From Diadema antillarum (lineage: Eukaryota), in the NCBI RefSeq assembly GCF_040938485.1, contig NW_027271623.1, positions 147,756 to 211,755 of the forward strand: a DNA stretch of 64,000 nucleotides, written 5' to 3'. The notes under the pieces were generated by a model. That model was not told the DNA's origin and searched no databases. It worked only from the letters and a program-made list of their open reading frames with translations. How positions within the stretch are numbered: position 1 is the stretch's first letter; every line of letters starts with the position of its first letter. Positions 13,101 to 24,789 of this stretch are shown here, piece after piece. The translations under genes were made by a program, and so were the position numbers.

Positions 13101-16100
13101 CTTGCTGGAATACTTCCAAATGAAATAAGTGAATATCAAAATAAACAGTTAGTTTTGTTTGAACATGAAATTATAAATTCTTGTTAAACTTTTGATATGG
13201 CACCTAATTATTCTAATTCTAAGTCATGTATTTCTAATATCAAACGTAATAATGTGCATATTGATAGTACAGGATCAATTGCGAATGTATTTCATTTATA
13301 ATTTCTCAAATAGGTCATAATTTAGATAAGAACATACATCTCTCAAAAAAGAATTCTGTAACACGTCGTGCTGATGATTGTTTACATTTTTTTTTGTTGG
13401 AAATGGTTGAAATGAATGAAGTATAGAATGATATGATATAAAAAGAAAAACCAAATGTCAATCACTCAAACAATCACAAAATAGTTATATACGTCTGTTT
13501 GATAGTAGAACTACAGTGAAATTGATACAGTATTGTCGGGCTTATGTGGGGTTAAGATGTCCAATAAACCCAACAAGATTATTACATCAGCATGAACAAA
13601 ACAAACTGGGAAGAATCAATTCTAAACAAAATGTGATCCTTTGTATGCGTGAAACTACGTGTAGGATTTCGGAATTGAATAGTTGCCATAGTGCATTTTT
13701 TTAAATTCTGTATTACGGAATTACAGGAAGAAAAAAAACAGTAGTAGAATATCAAATAGTAGCAGAGGAATTTTAGCACAAATTGATATAAGCATGTTTA
13801 TCATGTGCTTACCAATTACACTGCATGTCCGGCGTTTGTCTGGCATTTAGGTGAAGGGACTCACAACTTATTGTATCTTGAGCCCCTTTGGATAGGATGT
13901 AGGTCTTACCAGTAAGTCCCAAACGGAGAGTCGAGGATAAAAGAAACACCAAAAGAACACCCCTATGCGCATATAGGCCTCTGGTAAAATACTGAGTAGC
14001 CTAATTTGATTTTTCATGAGACGTTCCACTAGACCAAAGGTTGTTATTAGACCAACATGACCAAAGGTTTGTCAACTATGTTTGAAAATCGCACGTAGTC
14101 ACATGTTTATTTATCTTTTAATTACTACTATTTTCAGGTTTATTATCTCAACGTGATTAAATTTATCGTCAAATAAACAAAGACAGGATGTCACTGCTTA
14201 AAGCACATGAATTCATCTTTTTGTTTAAAGGTATTAAAATCCTATTTTGTTCTTCATTTCTTCTTCCTCCTCTCAAAACTAACCCCAAATATGATGAATT
14301 CTAAGTAATCTCTACCATGCTTCATAAAACCATGTTCTATGAACTCTGCCAGTCCCCAGCCCTCAGGAGCTTCACAACCAATTGGGTTTAGGCCTTATAG
14401 ATAAAGCCTCAATTGGCTCTATGATAAACTTTCTCACATGTGGAAATAGAACTATTAAGTTCAGAAATTCCCATCCCGGGCAGTGTGTAAAACACAGGTG
14501 AACCAAATAATTTTGCCTCATCTTTCCACCACCACGCACACGCACACACACAGACGCAGACAGAGAGACAGAGAGACAGACAGGCACAAACACATAAGTA
14601 CACACACACCCACTAGTTTGAATCAACCAAACAAAGCTGGATATTAATCTGAATGACAGCAGCAGCAATGCAGCTGGATTTCCACGTTTAAAAGCCAGTT
14701 ACTACTATGACTTGCTTAGATAAAAATATAATCATAAACAATATTAGTATAAAGTATTTATTCTTTGAAAGCTTCACTTGAACGATATTTGATGCAATTA
14801 TATTCCCCCACTCATCAAGATAACAAATATATATGGTAAATGATTATTTGTTTTTTCAAGCTCTATTTTCTTCCTTCAACTGCATCTTGCACTCACACCT
14901 GCAACCGCACTGCACCCACCTGATCACTTTCTTCCAAGAGAGTTGTGTCGTTGGATAGTCCTTTTCATCCATTTCAAGCTTAATCGCTTACGATGGTGGT
15001 CTCCTGCATCCAATGATCTCTGTTATTTACTGAAAAATACTGTACATTTTATTTTATGTTTTGGTGTATGTACACTGTTCAATGCAATCACCCACGTGTA
15101 TCTGTTAGTGTACTGTTATCAGGTTATCGATTTATTTCACTGCACTTGCTATTCTTTGTCTTTGTACTTTTGAAATTTGTATCTAAATTTTATCTTATTG
15201 AATGCAGAAATAAAGCAAATCAAATCAAATCAAATCAAAATCTTGAATACAGACAGAATTGATTTGAGTCTGGACTGTTTAATGAATCTCTTGAGCAGAC
15301 ATTCCTATGAAAATCAAATCGAAAGATTTTTTGTTTTGTTTTTGCATAGCTATAAACACTTTAGAGCAAACATGAAAAACATGACGATGAAACTGATGAT
15401 AAAACAAATATATTTATTATCATCCAGTCATATGAAACAAAAATCTTATTTCATCCCTCTATTTCTTATCCTCTCTTCCCATCTCTTTCACATATCAAAT
15501 GGGGAGCTTTAGTTTAAGTTGTTGTTGTTCTTTACGCTATTCTGGTATTTACTCTGTTATTGTTATGGTTTATTGTGTTTAACTGTCTCACTATGGTGTG
15601 ATTTAATTTTCGGGGACCTGGGTAACACAAACTGTTCTTTTGATTTAGGCTCCCCACTTTGGTTCTAATGACTACTACTTACTTAAGATTTGTTGCAAAT
15701 GTATAGGTTATTAGAATATATGTTTCAATTATAAAAAGATATTTTTGTATAGTTAAATCATATTAACTCAGTATATTATTTGTGTCTTTGTGAACACAAA
15801 GTGGAAATGGATTCAAATCAAATCAAATCGAATCAAACAAACAGTAAAGACATTGCAAAAATACATGCGATACACGTTCAACCAATGAGCAAGGTGTCTT
15901 CAATCCATACAAAAATATCTATATCCACGGGTGTTTGTTTTACATAGTTCCTTTTTCTTATTTGCTTGAAGATATTGGCTTCCTGTTAGAATCTTATTCA
16001 TTTACCAAACAAGGCAAGAGCAAAGATTACCCAAACTTCATATGGACAAACAAAACCGGAAGCAGTACTTTTTAAAAGACCTTCGTAGCCTCCCATGGTC

Positions 16101-16391
16101 ACAAAATTTTATCGAAATGGTTCAAGGAAGTATTGTATAAGGTAAGTGAGTTAAGAAGGAATGATCCTCCAGCCCTTTTGTGATTGAAGGTAGTCATTTG
16201 TGATCTAAAGTCTCTACATCATGGATTCGATGTCCTGTCTTGGTTGATGTATTACATGAAATGAGTCTAGCGTCCAGAGAAATGCTCTTGCAGACTACGG
16301 GAAAGATTTGGCTGCCATGATTGTTTTCCTTTATTCCTTACCAGCCAAAATAATCCCATCTTTCTTTGAGCCTTCTGTCAATCAGTGCTAC

Positions 16392-17208
16392 GTTGAATAC
16401 AGTGAAAGCAGTCAAACGGAATAGCAGAAGTTCAACTTCAATAAAATACAGAGATTTGGGAACAAAAGTTAAATCTTTATCGTATAGTGATTTTGGTCTC
16501 AACCACATATAGATATCATCTGAGGTGTTGATGCCATCAACTCATAAACTCATCCTGATTTATGCACATACAAGTATGATATATGTCTAATGGGAAGAAT
16601 TGGGCGAAAGCACCTTACGGTACTTACGTCCAGCATAGCGTCCTTTCATTGTCAAACATGATAATTACAGAAAATTTGGTTGAGCCCCCCCCCCCCACAA
16701 AAAAAAGAACAAACAAACAAACAAAGAACACAAAGAAACAAACAATAAAAGCAAAAAAAAATCATTTTTATATTCTCTTCGCGTTCTAATGACGTACTGC
16801 CAAGGTTCAATGTCAAGCTCTTTGAGCATTTTGATCCTCTCTTATATTCTTTACTCCACGTTGCATTCGCCTACTTATGTCGGCAGTTGCAATTGTGTTA
16901 CATTAATTTGTGTTATTGATGTATAATTGATGTATATATCTCTGTATTTGTTACATCCAAACCCAAAAGTTTGGTGCTTTAGTCTAACTCCTCTCACTGG
17001 ACATAAATATTACTCGTATTTGCACAAATCAAAGGATGAGTTTATGAGTTGATTGCATCAACACCTCAGCTGACTTCTAAATGTGGTTGAGACCAAAATC
17101 ACTTTAAGATGAAAATTCAAAGTGGAGCTTTAAATTCCCAAATCTCTTTATTTCATGAAAGTTGAACTTTTACTATTCCTTTTGTCTGCTTTTACTGTAT
17201 AATCAAGT
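16392..17208. mobile_element. Foldback/MITE-like element with ~180-bp terminal inverted repeats and a ~460-bp core
   Basis: 16392-16570 is the reverse complement of 17030-17208, for example ...GGAATAGCAGAAGTTCAACTTCAATAAAATACAGAGATTTGGGAAC... vs the reverse complement of ...GTTCCCAAATCTCTTTATTTCATGAAAGTTGAACTTTTACTATTCC.... Confidence 0.7.
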
Positions 17209-17789
17209 AAATTTAGTATGGTTTCAAAGCATAAGGTCTAAAGTATACACATCGTTTGAAGGATATTTTGCGCTTAAGATATTGTCTGTCCCTCAAAATG
17301 CATAAGTTATTTCGCATGTTAAATCACGTTTGCGCTTATAGACATTTAAAATGTCCATACTTTCATATGCTGGGTTCTAGAATTGGGACAATCGAAGTAT
17401 TATATACTATGATGGTTAAAAAAATGCAATATAAACGTGATAAACTGGCTAAAAGAATCATTGTACTAATTTTGATGTCCCTCGAAGTATATGGGTTTCA
17501 GATACGTGCGCGCGTGAACACACACACTCACACACCCATAACGAGACAAAAAAACCTCTCCAAGTTCTCAAAATAAATAAGTAATAATTAGTGATCTCAT
17601 GAAGTTTTGCCACTACAATTCAAAGATAATACAGGAAAGTAGAAAGTTGCATAATCAACTATTCTAAGCCTGAAGCAACAATAAACATGTAATTTGTATA
17701 TCCAGAAGAACCAGACCGATATTACAAGTAACTTGTTTAGGTATACATGTTTAATTGCGTTTAGATACATCGAATGAAACCCTGAACTG

Positions 17790-18254
17790 TTGTGTTTCTT
17801 ACACAGGGAGGATAGTTTTGGAAACTCTGTCTTATTTAACTTACCACAAACTCAGCTCTCCATGCTACAGAGGCTTCAAAATGCGGCAGCACGCATCATC
17901 ACACTATCCAAGAAGCACACTCACATCACCCCTATTTTGAGATCACTTCATTGGTTACCAGTCAAAGATCGCATTATTTTTAAGATTTTACTTTTGACTT
18001 TTCATTGCATTCAGGGCGCTGCTCCTCAGTATAACATTGACTTACTCCATAATTACATCCCTGTTAGATCTTTACGCTCATCCAACTCCGGTTCTCTGAT
18101 AATTCCAAGATTCACTACAATATGGGGCACACGTGCCTTTGGCCATGCTGCTCCCACCTTATGGAATAACCTACCTTCAGCCGTTAAAAATTGTTCTTCA
18201 TCAGACTCCTTTAAAAGCAGTCTAAAAACTCACTTGTTTAAAGCCTCAATTTGA
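17790..18254 (+). mobile_element. LINE (CR1/L2-like) ORF2 C-terminal fragment, 5'-truncated
   Basis: 154-aa ORF carrying the conserved tail ...LQRLQNAAARII...TPIL..LHWLPV..RI.FKIL...PQY...L..Y.P.R.LRS...G.L..PR....G.RAF...AP.LWN.LP......S...FKS.LKTHLF. Confidence 0.7.
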
Positions 18255-18869
18255 TTACTCATTACATGTACTTGATATTTGTATGTCTTTTACTTCGTCA
18301 CTTTCTCTTCCTTCCGCGCCTAGAGCACTCTGCAGAGTGGATTTGGCGCTATATAAATCATATCAATTATTATTATTATTATTATAGTAGAGAGGGAAAA
18401 GAAGAAAATGGCAAATCATTGTTTGTAATGCGGTGTGATAGATGGATGATCTGATTTCTCAGTCCTATAGGCAGCGTTTATCATCTTTCCCATGTTTGGT
18501 CTTACAGTGAAGGGGGATCAATCATGAAGTATTGACATTTCGTTTATGCCAAAAACAGATAAAGAAACAAAAAAATACACAGAATTAATGTACATGCACT
18601 GTAAATCTAAAACATATCATCGTTCATTTGCAAACGAAATATCGGTACACAGAAACTCTCGTTATGTCTTGAGTAATACTAATCATAATAATTAAGAATA
18701 ATTGTTTTGGATATAAACTCCAAATTTTATTGTCCGAAAATGGAAATTATTTTTGCCCAGTTGATCGTGGGCCCGACAGCCACTGAGCAGCGCCAGATCG
18801 ACGTTGCTCTAACCTTTTCAACTGTTGAATGGCAAACAAGGTAGCAGCAACTCCCATCTTTAAACGTCT

Positions 18870-18975
18870 TTTGGTATGACGCGGCCGGGGTTCGAACCCA
18901 CGACCTCCCGATTGTGAGGCAGCCGCTCTACTTACTGAGCCAACACATCGGTACATCCGATGTATAGATAATAAT
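18870..18975 (-). ncRNA. Degenerate tRNA-like sequence (possible pseudo-tRNA or SINE head)
   Basis: Reverse complement reads ...GGCTCAGTAAGTAGAGCG (D-arm-like) ... GTGGGTTCGAACCCCGG (T-arm-like), but the anticodon and acceptor stems do not pair. Confidence 0.3.
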
Positions 18976-19370
18976 CTTACCGTGATGTAAAGCGACGTGT
19001 ACAATACTGTAAAGATGCCAATCTTAAATATGAACAGAGTGAATGCTTTCTTCCACCTGGAATAAATAACGTGATGTAAATGATAAAAAAACACAACACA
19101 TTACGTGTACTAGAATATTTTGATAGAATGAGCGAAATATTTCAAAGATAAAAATTCAAAGCCATTTAAATCAATCTAGATATGACTACTCAGTGAATGG
19201 GTGAAATGAAATGGTCCTACAGACGCACCATGCCGGTTCAGTTATTGGATAAATCAGATGACATGTAATGAAACATATATTTGATGCTATGCTACGAATA
19301 ACTTTCAAGGCATTTCAGTTAACTTCACTTATCTTAGTGTTGTTACTACATAGTTACTCGCTTACCCTGT

Positions 19371-19734
19371 TTAAAGGGGATGGCTAGTAACCGATCAGTG
19401 GGAATCAGTGGGAATGCTGAGGGATGATTTTTCAATCCTTGTGGGATTTATTTAAGAGTACATTATATATCTACTGTTGTGTGAAAATTATTTGCTTCAG
19501 AACGGTCTCATATTCAAGTAAAGTGCAGATTAATGCCCCGTCACTGACCAGGGACGCTTACCTGGAAACATTAAACTGCACATTACTTGAATATGAGACC
19601 ATTCTGAGGCAAATAATTTTCACGCAAGAATAGATATATAATGTACTCTTAAATGAACCCCACAAGGATTGGAACAATCATCCTCCAGCATTCCCACTGA
19701 TTCCCACTGATCAGTTACTAGCCATCCCCTTTAA
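19371..19734. mobile_element. Foldback MITE, family FB-1, complete copy. ~155-bp near-perfect inverted arms, ~50-bp loop, TTAA at both ends.
   Basis: TTAAAGGGGATGGCTAGTAACCGATCAGTGGGAATCAGTGGGAATG... at the left end. Its exact reverse complement ...CATTCCCACTGATTCCCACTGATCAGTTACTAGCCATCCCCTTTAA at the right end. Confidence 0.85.
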
Positions 19735-19971
19735 TACACCATACGATCAGAGATCTGCAGTTCAAACTCCTCCTTTACAGTTATGATGTTTGAGTATTGT
19801 CAGACACATTTTCTTATGTCAGAATATTCTGAACCTCCAGTGTCAGGTCCATTATATTAACGCAGTCAAGTAATTGTTTTCATTCGAAGAAAGAAATTGT
19901 TCATCCATTTCAGTGCTGAATCTGTTTACACAAAACACGCAGTCAGCAACGCATTAGTGTTCGCTGGATGT

Positions 19972-20549
19972 TTAAAGGACAAGTTCACCTTCATAAACAT
20001 AAGGATTGAGAAAATGCAACAATATTAGTAGAACACATGAGTGAAAGTTTGAGGAAAATTGGACAATCGATGCAAAAGTTATGAATTTTTTAAATTTTTG
20101 TGTTGGAACCGCTGGATGAGGAGACTACTACAGCTTTTGAGTCATATGCGTACAACAGTATAAAGAAAATATAAAAGAAAATTCAACATATTTTCACTTT
20201 TTTTCGCATAATAAAAGAGCAATTGACTTGCCTCTTTCTAAAGGCAGGGGGAATAATATTACCCATAACATTTATCGGTAACGAGTCAGGGGAATGTGTA
20301 CTTTTTTCAAAAGATGGAATTTTGTGAAATTCTCTTTATATTTTCCTTATATTGTTGTACGCATGTAACATCTAAGTTATTCATACACTGCAGTAGTTTT
20401 CTCATCCAGCGGGTACTGCACAAAAACTTCAAAAATTCATAACTTTTGAACGGATTGTCTGATTTTCCTCAAACTTTCAATGATGTGTTCTACTAATATT
20501 GCTACATTCTCTCAATCCTTATGTTTATGAAGGTGAACTTGTCCTTTAA
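19972..20549. mobile_element. Foldback MITE, family FB-2, copy a. ~220-bp inverted arms; termini TTAAAGG...CCTTTAA.
   Basis: Arms 19972-20190 and 20330-20549 are reverse complements. Homologous to 61885-62828 and to the fragment at 34440-34575. Confidence 0.8.
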
Positions 20550-21413
20550 CTTGGAATGAGACTGGATGAACTGGAGGGCAAAAAAAAAAATCATTTGTTT
20601 TTAACTGAGCTAGATCGCGTCACAGACAAAGGGAAGCTGAAGATTATATTATGCTCGCATTACTCGCCCTATAAAAGAGGGCGCTCTCGGGTTCCAAGTT
20701 CATTCTGGTGAATGGTTTCTCCAAGTCACGTCTTGTCACCTCTGTAGTTACGATATTTCATAATTTGCATTTATAACTCATCACGGCATAGCAGCATTCA
20801 CAACACATTAGAGAAAAAAGGACCACAGCAAGAATATTGTAATGTTAAAAGCAATGACAGGAGGTGACATCGGAGCCCCTGATTCATCGATTGTGACTTT
20901 TGGAATGGTCAAACGATTTATAGAATAAGTTTTATATATGGAAAACTACAGACATACATTATCAATATGCTTGGATACCCATTTATATGAAGGCCTACTA
21001 CGGAAATAACGCATGCACGCCACTCCATTCAGTGATACCCCCCCCCAAAAAAAAAAAAACAAAAACTATTGCTACTCTGGTACTTAAGAATGGACGGAGT
21101 CTTTAGTGAGTCCCGGAAGTATACAATGTCGTTCAGCGGTATGTTGTGTGAACAGCAATACTATCGTAAAGCTACCAGTGTTACAGAATCATTGCTGCTG
21201 GAAGTGTTAACCATCCATAATTATTTAGAATATTTGTAGTTTTCGACGCTCATACGGTCCTTTTATAAATGTGTGGAAATTCATGTCAGTAGGCGTATCA
21301 TAATGTGCTGCCCATTATTACATGCAGACTTCACATACGGTGTTAACTATTCCAGGGCATACTAGTATTCCACCAAAGAATCCATTGTTATTTTGGTAAA
21401 GTGCTATACTGCA

Positions 21414-23264
21414 TTACAAAATCAAATATGTATCAAATATGTATAGTCTATCTGGAGTGCAGAAAGCTATCTCACCACTCTCAAACTCTTGTAGATAGTA
21501 CCAATTCATTCCTTCTGCTTCTTGTATTTTGAAATCAGTGACGACAGTATGCATGTGCTCCAAATCGCTCGTGTATCGATCGATATTCACGAATCCCTCT
21601 TCGTACTTCACCCGGGCTACAATGACCGAATCATCTCGACAAACAGCTGGGAAGGAAGCCATGTTCTCCTTTTCCTGCAACCGGGCAGACTCTTTACTCT
21701 TCTCATCAAGGCAGATAACATTTGATAAATCTGTCACTATCAGTTTCCCCACGGATTGAAAGGAGAATAATTGGAAGGGTGAACATTCATCACACACTAT
21801 TTCCCTGACTGCCTTACCACCCTGTGGGGTAAATACCTGGATCTTGTTGGGTTTCTTATGACCCACGTAGATATTGTCATCTCTATCCACAGTGAGACCG
21901 CCACGCCCTCCTTCATCAAAACTCATCGTCTCGAATGTGACGTCAAGCTTCTCCCACTGTGAAGTGTATAGTGACACATCGCTTTCAGTATCACGTACAA
22001 CGCTTCGGCCATCAGACAGGAATCCAATTTTACTGACACTGACATCCTGCAACACGGTCTGATGTAACTTGCCATCAGGGGAGTAGAGATGGATTCCGCC
22101 TATAAACGAACCCACCGCCATCTTACCATCTGGTGCACGAGTGATACCGCTCATGCTGTCTTCGCCAGGGAGCTCTACAACATCCCATTTATAATCTTGC
22201 AAGTGTCCCAGATAAAGTTCATTGACGTTCACGTATCTACAGAACGAAACTTTCCGAGCTTCTCCTGTAACACAACTCGGTGACTGGTAGTCAGGATCAC
22301 TTCGTCCCAGAAAGCTTTTCAAGTTCTCACACAGTGTGTCGTGTGCAATCAAGGCGTCTTTCTCTAGTGGTACCTTCATACCATTAGTTACCAGCTCTTC
22401 CAAATCTTTCATTTGACGAATTGTATGCCAACTCTCCTCTTCCATGATCTGTAATTCCGTGTCGAATGATTCAAACCATCGTTTCACTTGGCATTTCAAA
22501 GCCTCTCTTCTGTCAAATAGTAACTTCATGTATTCTTCGTACGTTTTGTCGATGTCCTCATTGAGCCCTTTTAGCATATTTCTTATTTCAATGCGTTGTG
22601 TTTCTATGAAGTCGATACGTTTTCCGACGTTTATTTTCTTTGATTTTGTTCTTTCTCTCAACTCCTTGATATTTATCACCAATTTCTCCTCATGGATGGC
22701 TGCCTCTTCCAGATGATGACCAGCTTGCAGGTGCTTTAGCATCCCACACGGTATGCAACTGTACTCCCGACAATGGGTGCAGAAACACTGTGCATCAGCG
22801 CTGGGGTGTTTCTTGCACTTCCGTCGCCTTTTAAGCGGAACTTTTCCGGTGAGCACCTCGCTCATGGGTACTACTTCATGGTTGGAGAGTGGTTTCCAGT
22901 TACAGTGTCCTTTCTGACATGATTTACACATATATTTTTCACAGTCCTGACAGTAAGACACAGCTGGCGGCTTTTCGTCCATCTCACAAACTGTACAGGT
23001 TGGACTTTTGGTTTTCACTTCGTCCGCTAGAGAACTCAATGGTACGTTTGTTTGCAACTTACTCACATCACCACTGGGTACGGGTGTTCCTTCCCTGCAC
23101 ACAGGACATGTTATAGTTTCTTGGTCGGGCTGGGTTTGAAAGATACGTCCAAGACAGTCTTTGCAGAAGGTGTGAGAGCATGCCAGTGATTTAGGTTGGT
23201 TGAAAAGTGTCAGGCAGATAGGACACTCCAGATTCTGGCTGCTGATTTGATGAAACGTTGCCAT
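21414..23264 (-). CDS. Intact intronless TRIM-like E3 ubiquitin ligase (616 aa): C3HC4 RING, B-box1, B-box2, coiled coil, C-terminal NHL-like beta-propeller
   Basis: Start Met taken at MATFHQ (23262-23264), which is conserved as the start of the two paralogs. The given ORF extends 26 codons further upstream. RING: CPICLTLFNQPKSLACSHTFCKDCL...CPVCR. B-boxes: CTVCE...YCQDCEKYMCKSCQKGH and CKKHPSADAQCFCTHCREYSCIPCGMLKH. Coiled coil ~230-330. Repeated DGK/IYV/IQVF/LYIF blade-like motifs in the C-terminal 300 aa. Confidence 0.8.
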   Translation of the reverse strand: MATFHQISSQNLECPICLTLFNQPKSLACSHTFCKDCLGRIFQTQPDQETITCPVCREGTPVPSGDVSKLQTNVPLSSLADEVKTKSPTCTVCEMDEKPPAVSYCQDCEKYMCKSCQKGHCNWKPLSNHEVVPMSEVLTGKVPLKRRRKCKKHPSADAQCFCTHCREYSCIPCGMLKHLQAGHHLEEAAIHEEKLVINIKELRERTKSKKINVGKRIDFIETQRIEIRNMLKGLNEDIDKTYEEYMKLLFDRREALKCQVKRWFESFDTELQIMEEESWHTIRQMKDLEELVTNGMKVPLEKDALIAHDTLCENLKSFLGRSDPDYQSPSCVTGEARKVSFCRYVNVNELYLGHLQDYKWDVVELPGEDSMSGITRAPDGKMAVGSFIGGIHLYSPDGKLHQTVLQDVSVSKIGFLSDGRSVVRDTESDVSLYTSQWEKLDVTFETMSFDEGGRGGLTVDRDDNIYVGHKKPNKIQVFTPQGGKAVREIVCDECSPFQLFSFQSVGKLIVTDLSNVICLDEKSKESARLQEKENMASFPAVCRDDSVIVARVKYEEGFVNIDRYTSDLEHMHTVVTDFKIQEAEGMNWYYLQEFESGEIAFCTPDRLYIFDTYLIL

Positions 23265-24789
23265 AGTGTCTGTCTGTCTACAGGCAAAAGAATCACATAA
23301 CGGTAACACATCAACAAGGACTTGTCGAAAAAAAAAATACATGTATCAGTATTGATAGACAAATAAAGAAAATGGGAGGCATGTCGAGAAACTAGTAGTT
23401 GACACACTCCCGCCAAAGAGCAAAAAGAGAAAGAATATTGACAGAGCGGTGAAAGAGTGGTGCTCTCAACCAACGTACTTGTTACTCCTCTTTCTGAAGC
23501 AAATGTTCTCTTTTAGGTCATGAAATCTCCTCAGTAGATTCTTTGAGGAATAAAGCAATTACATCCTTTATACCAAAGTCCTCAAAGAAAGAGAACAAGG
23601 AAGAAGAGACAGAAATTGCTATTAAGCACTGAAACGTCCAAAGATGTAACTCTATTGACAATTTTCCCCACACAATTTAAAAATATGTGCTATCTGACAT
23701 TGGCTACGTGTAGTGTACAAATTATTAACAGCCTTGCGTTTATAATCTTCCTAATTTTTCCACTGTCATGTTAAAAACCTTGCAGGACCTATTTAGCGTG
23801 AAATTGCATTTGAGGAAAGAAAATGTGTGTAACAGCATCGTTTAAACTAAGTTTGTTCTTTACCTGCAGACGCTATGATCGAGTTCCAAATATTCTACAA
23901 GCATGAATAGACACCTCTCGCGTGCTTCAGTCTAAGTTATGAAAATAAAGTGATTTAGCAGGTCGCACTGTTAACACAATAAAAGAAAACAAAAAGGAAG
24001 TCCTAAAGAGTTTTGAATATTATTGTGCCAAGTTCTACTCGTGTCTCATAATTCGCTAACCTCTTATCCTTTTTTTTGCATAGATTTGCATTTTTTTTTT
24101 TTTGCATATTGCATGAGGTTCCTACGCCCACCTTCAGAGAGCGAACAGAGCTTAATAGTATTCTATCTTTTAAGATATGTATACATAATTTTCTCAAGCG
24201 CTCGCTCGCTTCGCTCGCTCGCGAAAATAGGCCTAGTAATTTCGACATAAGACACGGTCCACGCGTTGACAATGTCAAATGATATAGGCTTACATGTATT
24301 CATGCTATGACGCGCGCAACTCTGGACCGGCATGGTTCCCCAATGAAAGTATTTGGGGGCAAACATAACATTCTGCTCCTCCCCCTCATTCCCGAGATGT
24401 GGAAATTTTCTTGCCTTTTTGATACAAAAATGTCTAAATATTTCACCCAAAGATGGCTGAATTCTAATTTTCAAAATAAAAAATCTCCCTAACAGAAAGG
24501 GGGATAGGCCTACCCCCTTTCATACCCCCCCCCCCCCCCGTTCGGTAAACGTCCTTTCTACTTAATACACTTTTAGATGTTTCAAGTAAAGTGTGCACCA
24601 GGTCTGTCACTTCGGTAAAAAAAAATGCAAAAGTGGGCGGATGGGAGGAGATAACCGGTTATGGCTTGTCATCGTGATTGTACGTGATGGTGACTATTGC
24701 CAATCATCCCCCACTCCTCGGTACGGATTTCCGCCGTCACGGCTCCGAAGTACATTAATTAGGCATTCTCATGAGATCACAACCTGATG

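Noticed and set aside
18870-18975. Functional tRNA gene
   Set aside because: A D-arm-like and a T-arm-like segment are present, but the anticodon and acceptor stems cannot be paired. It is reported only as degenerate tRNA-like sequence.
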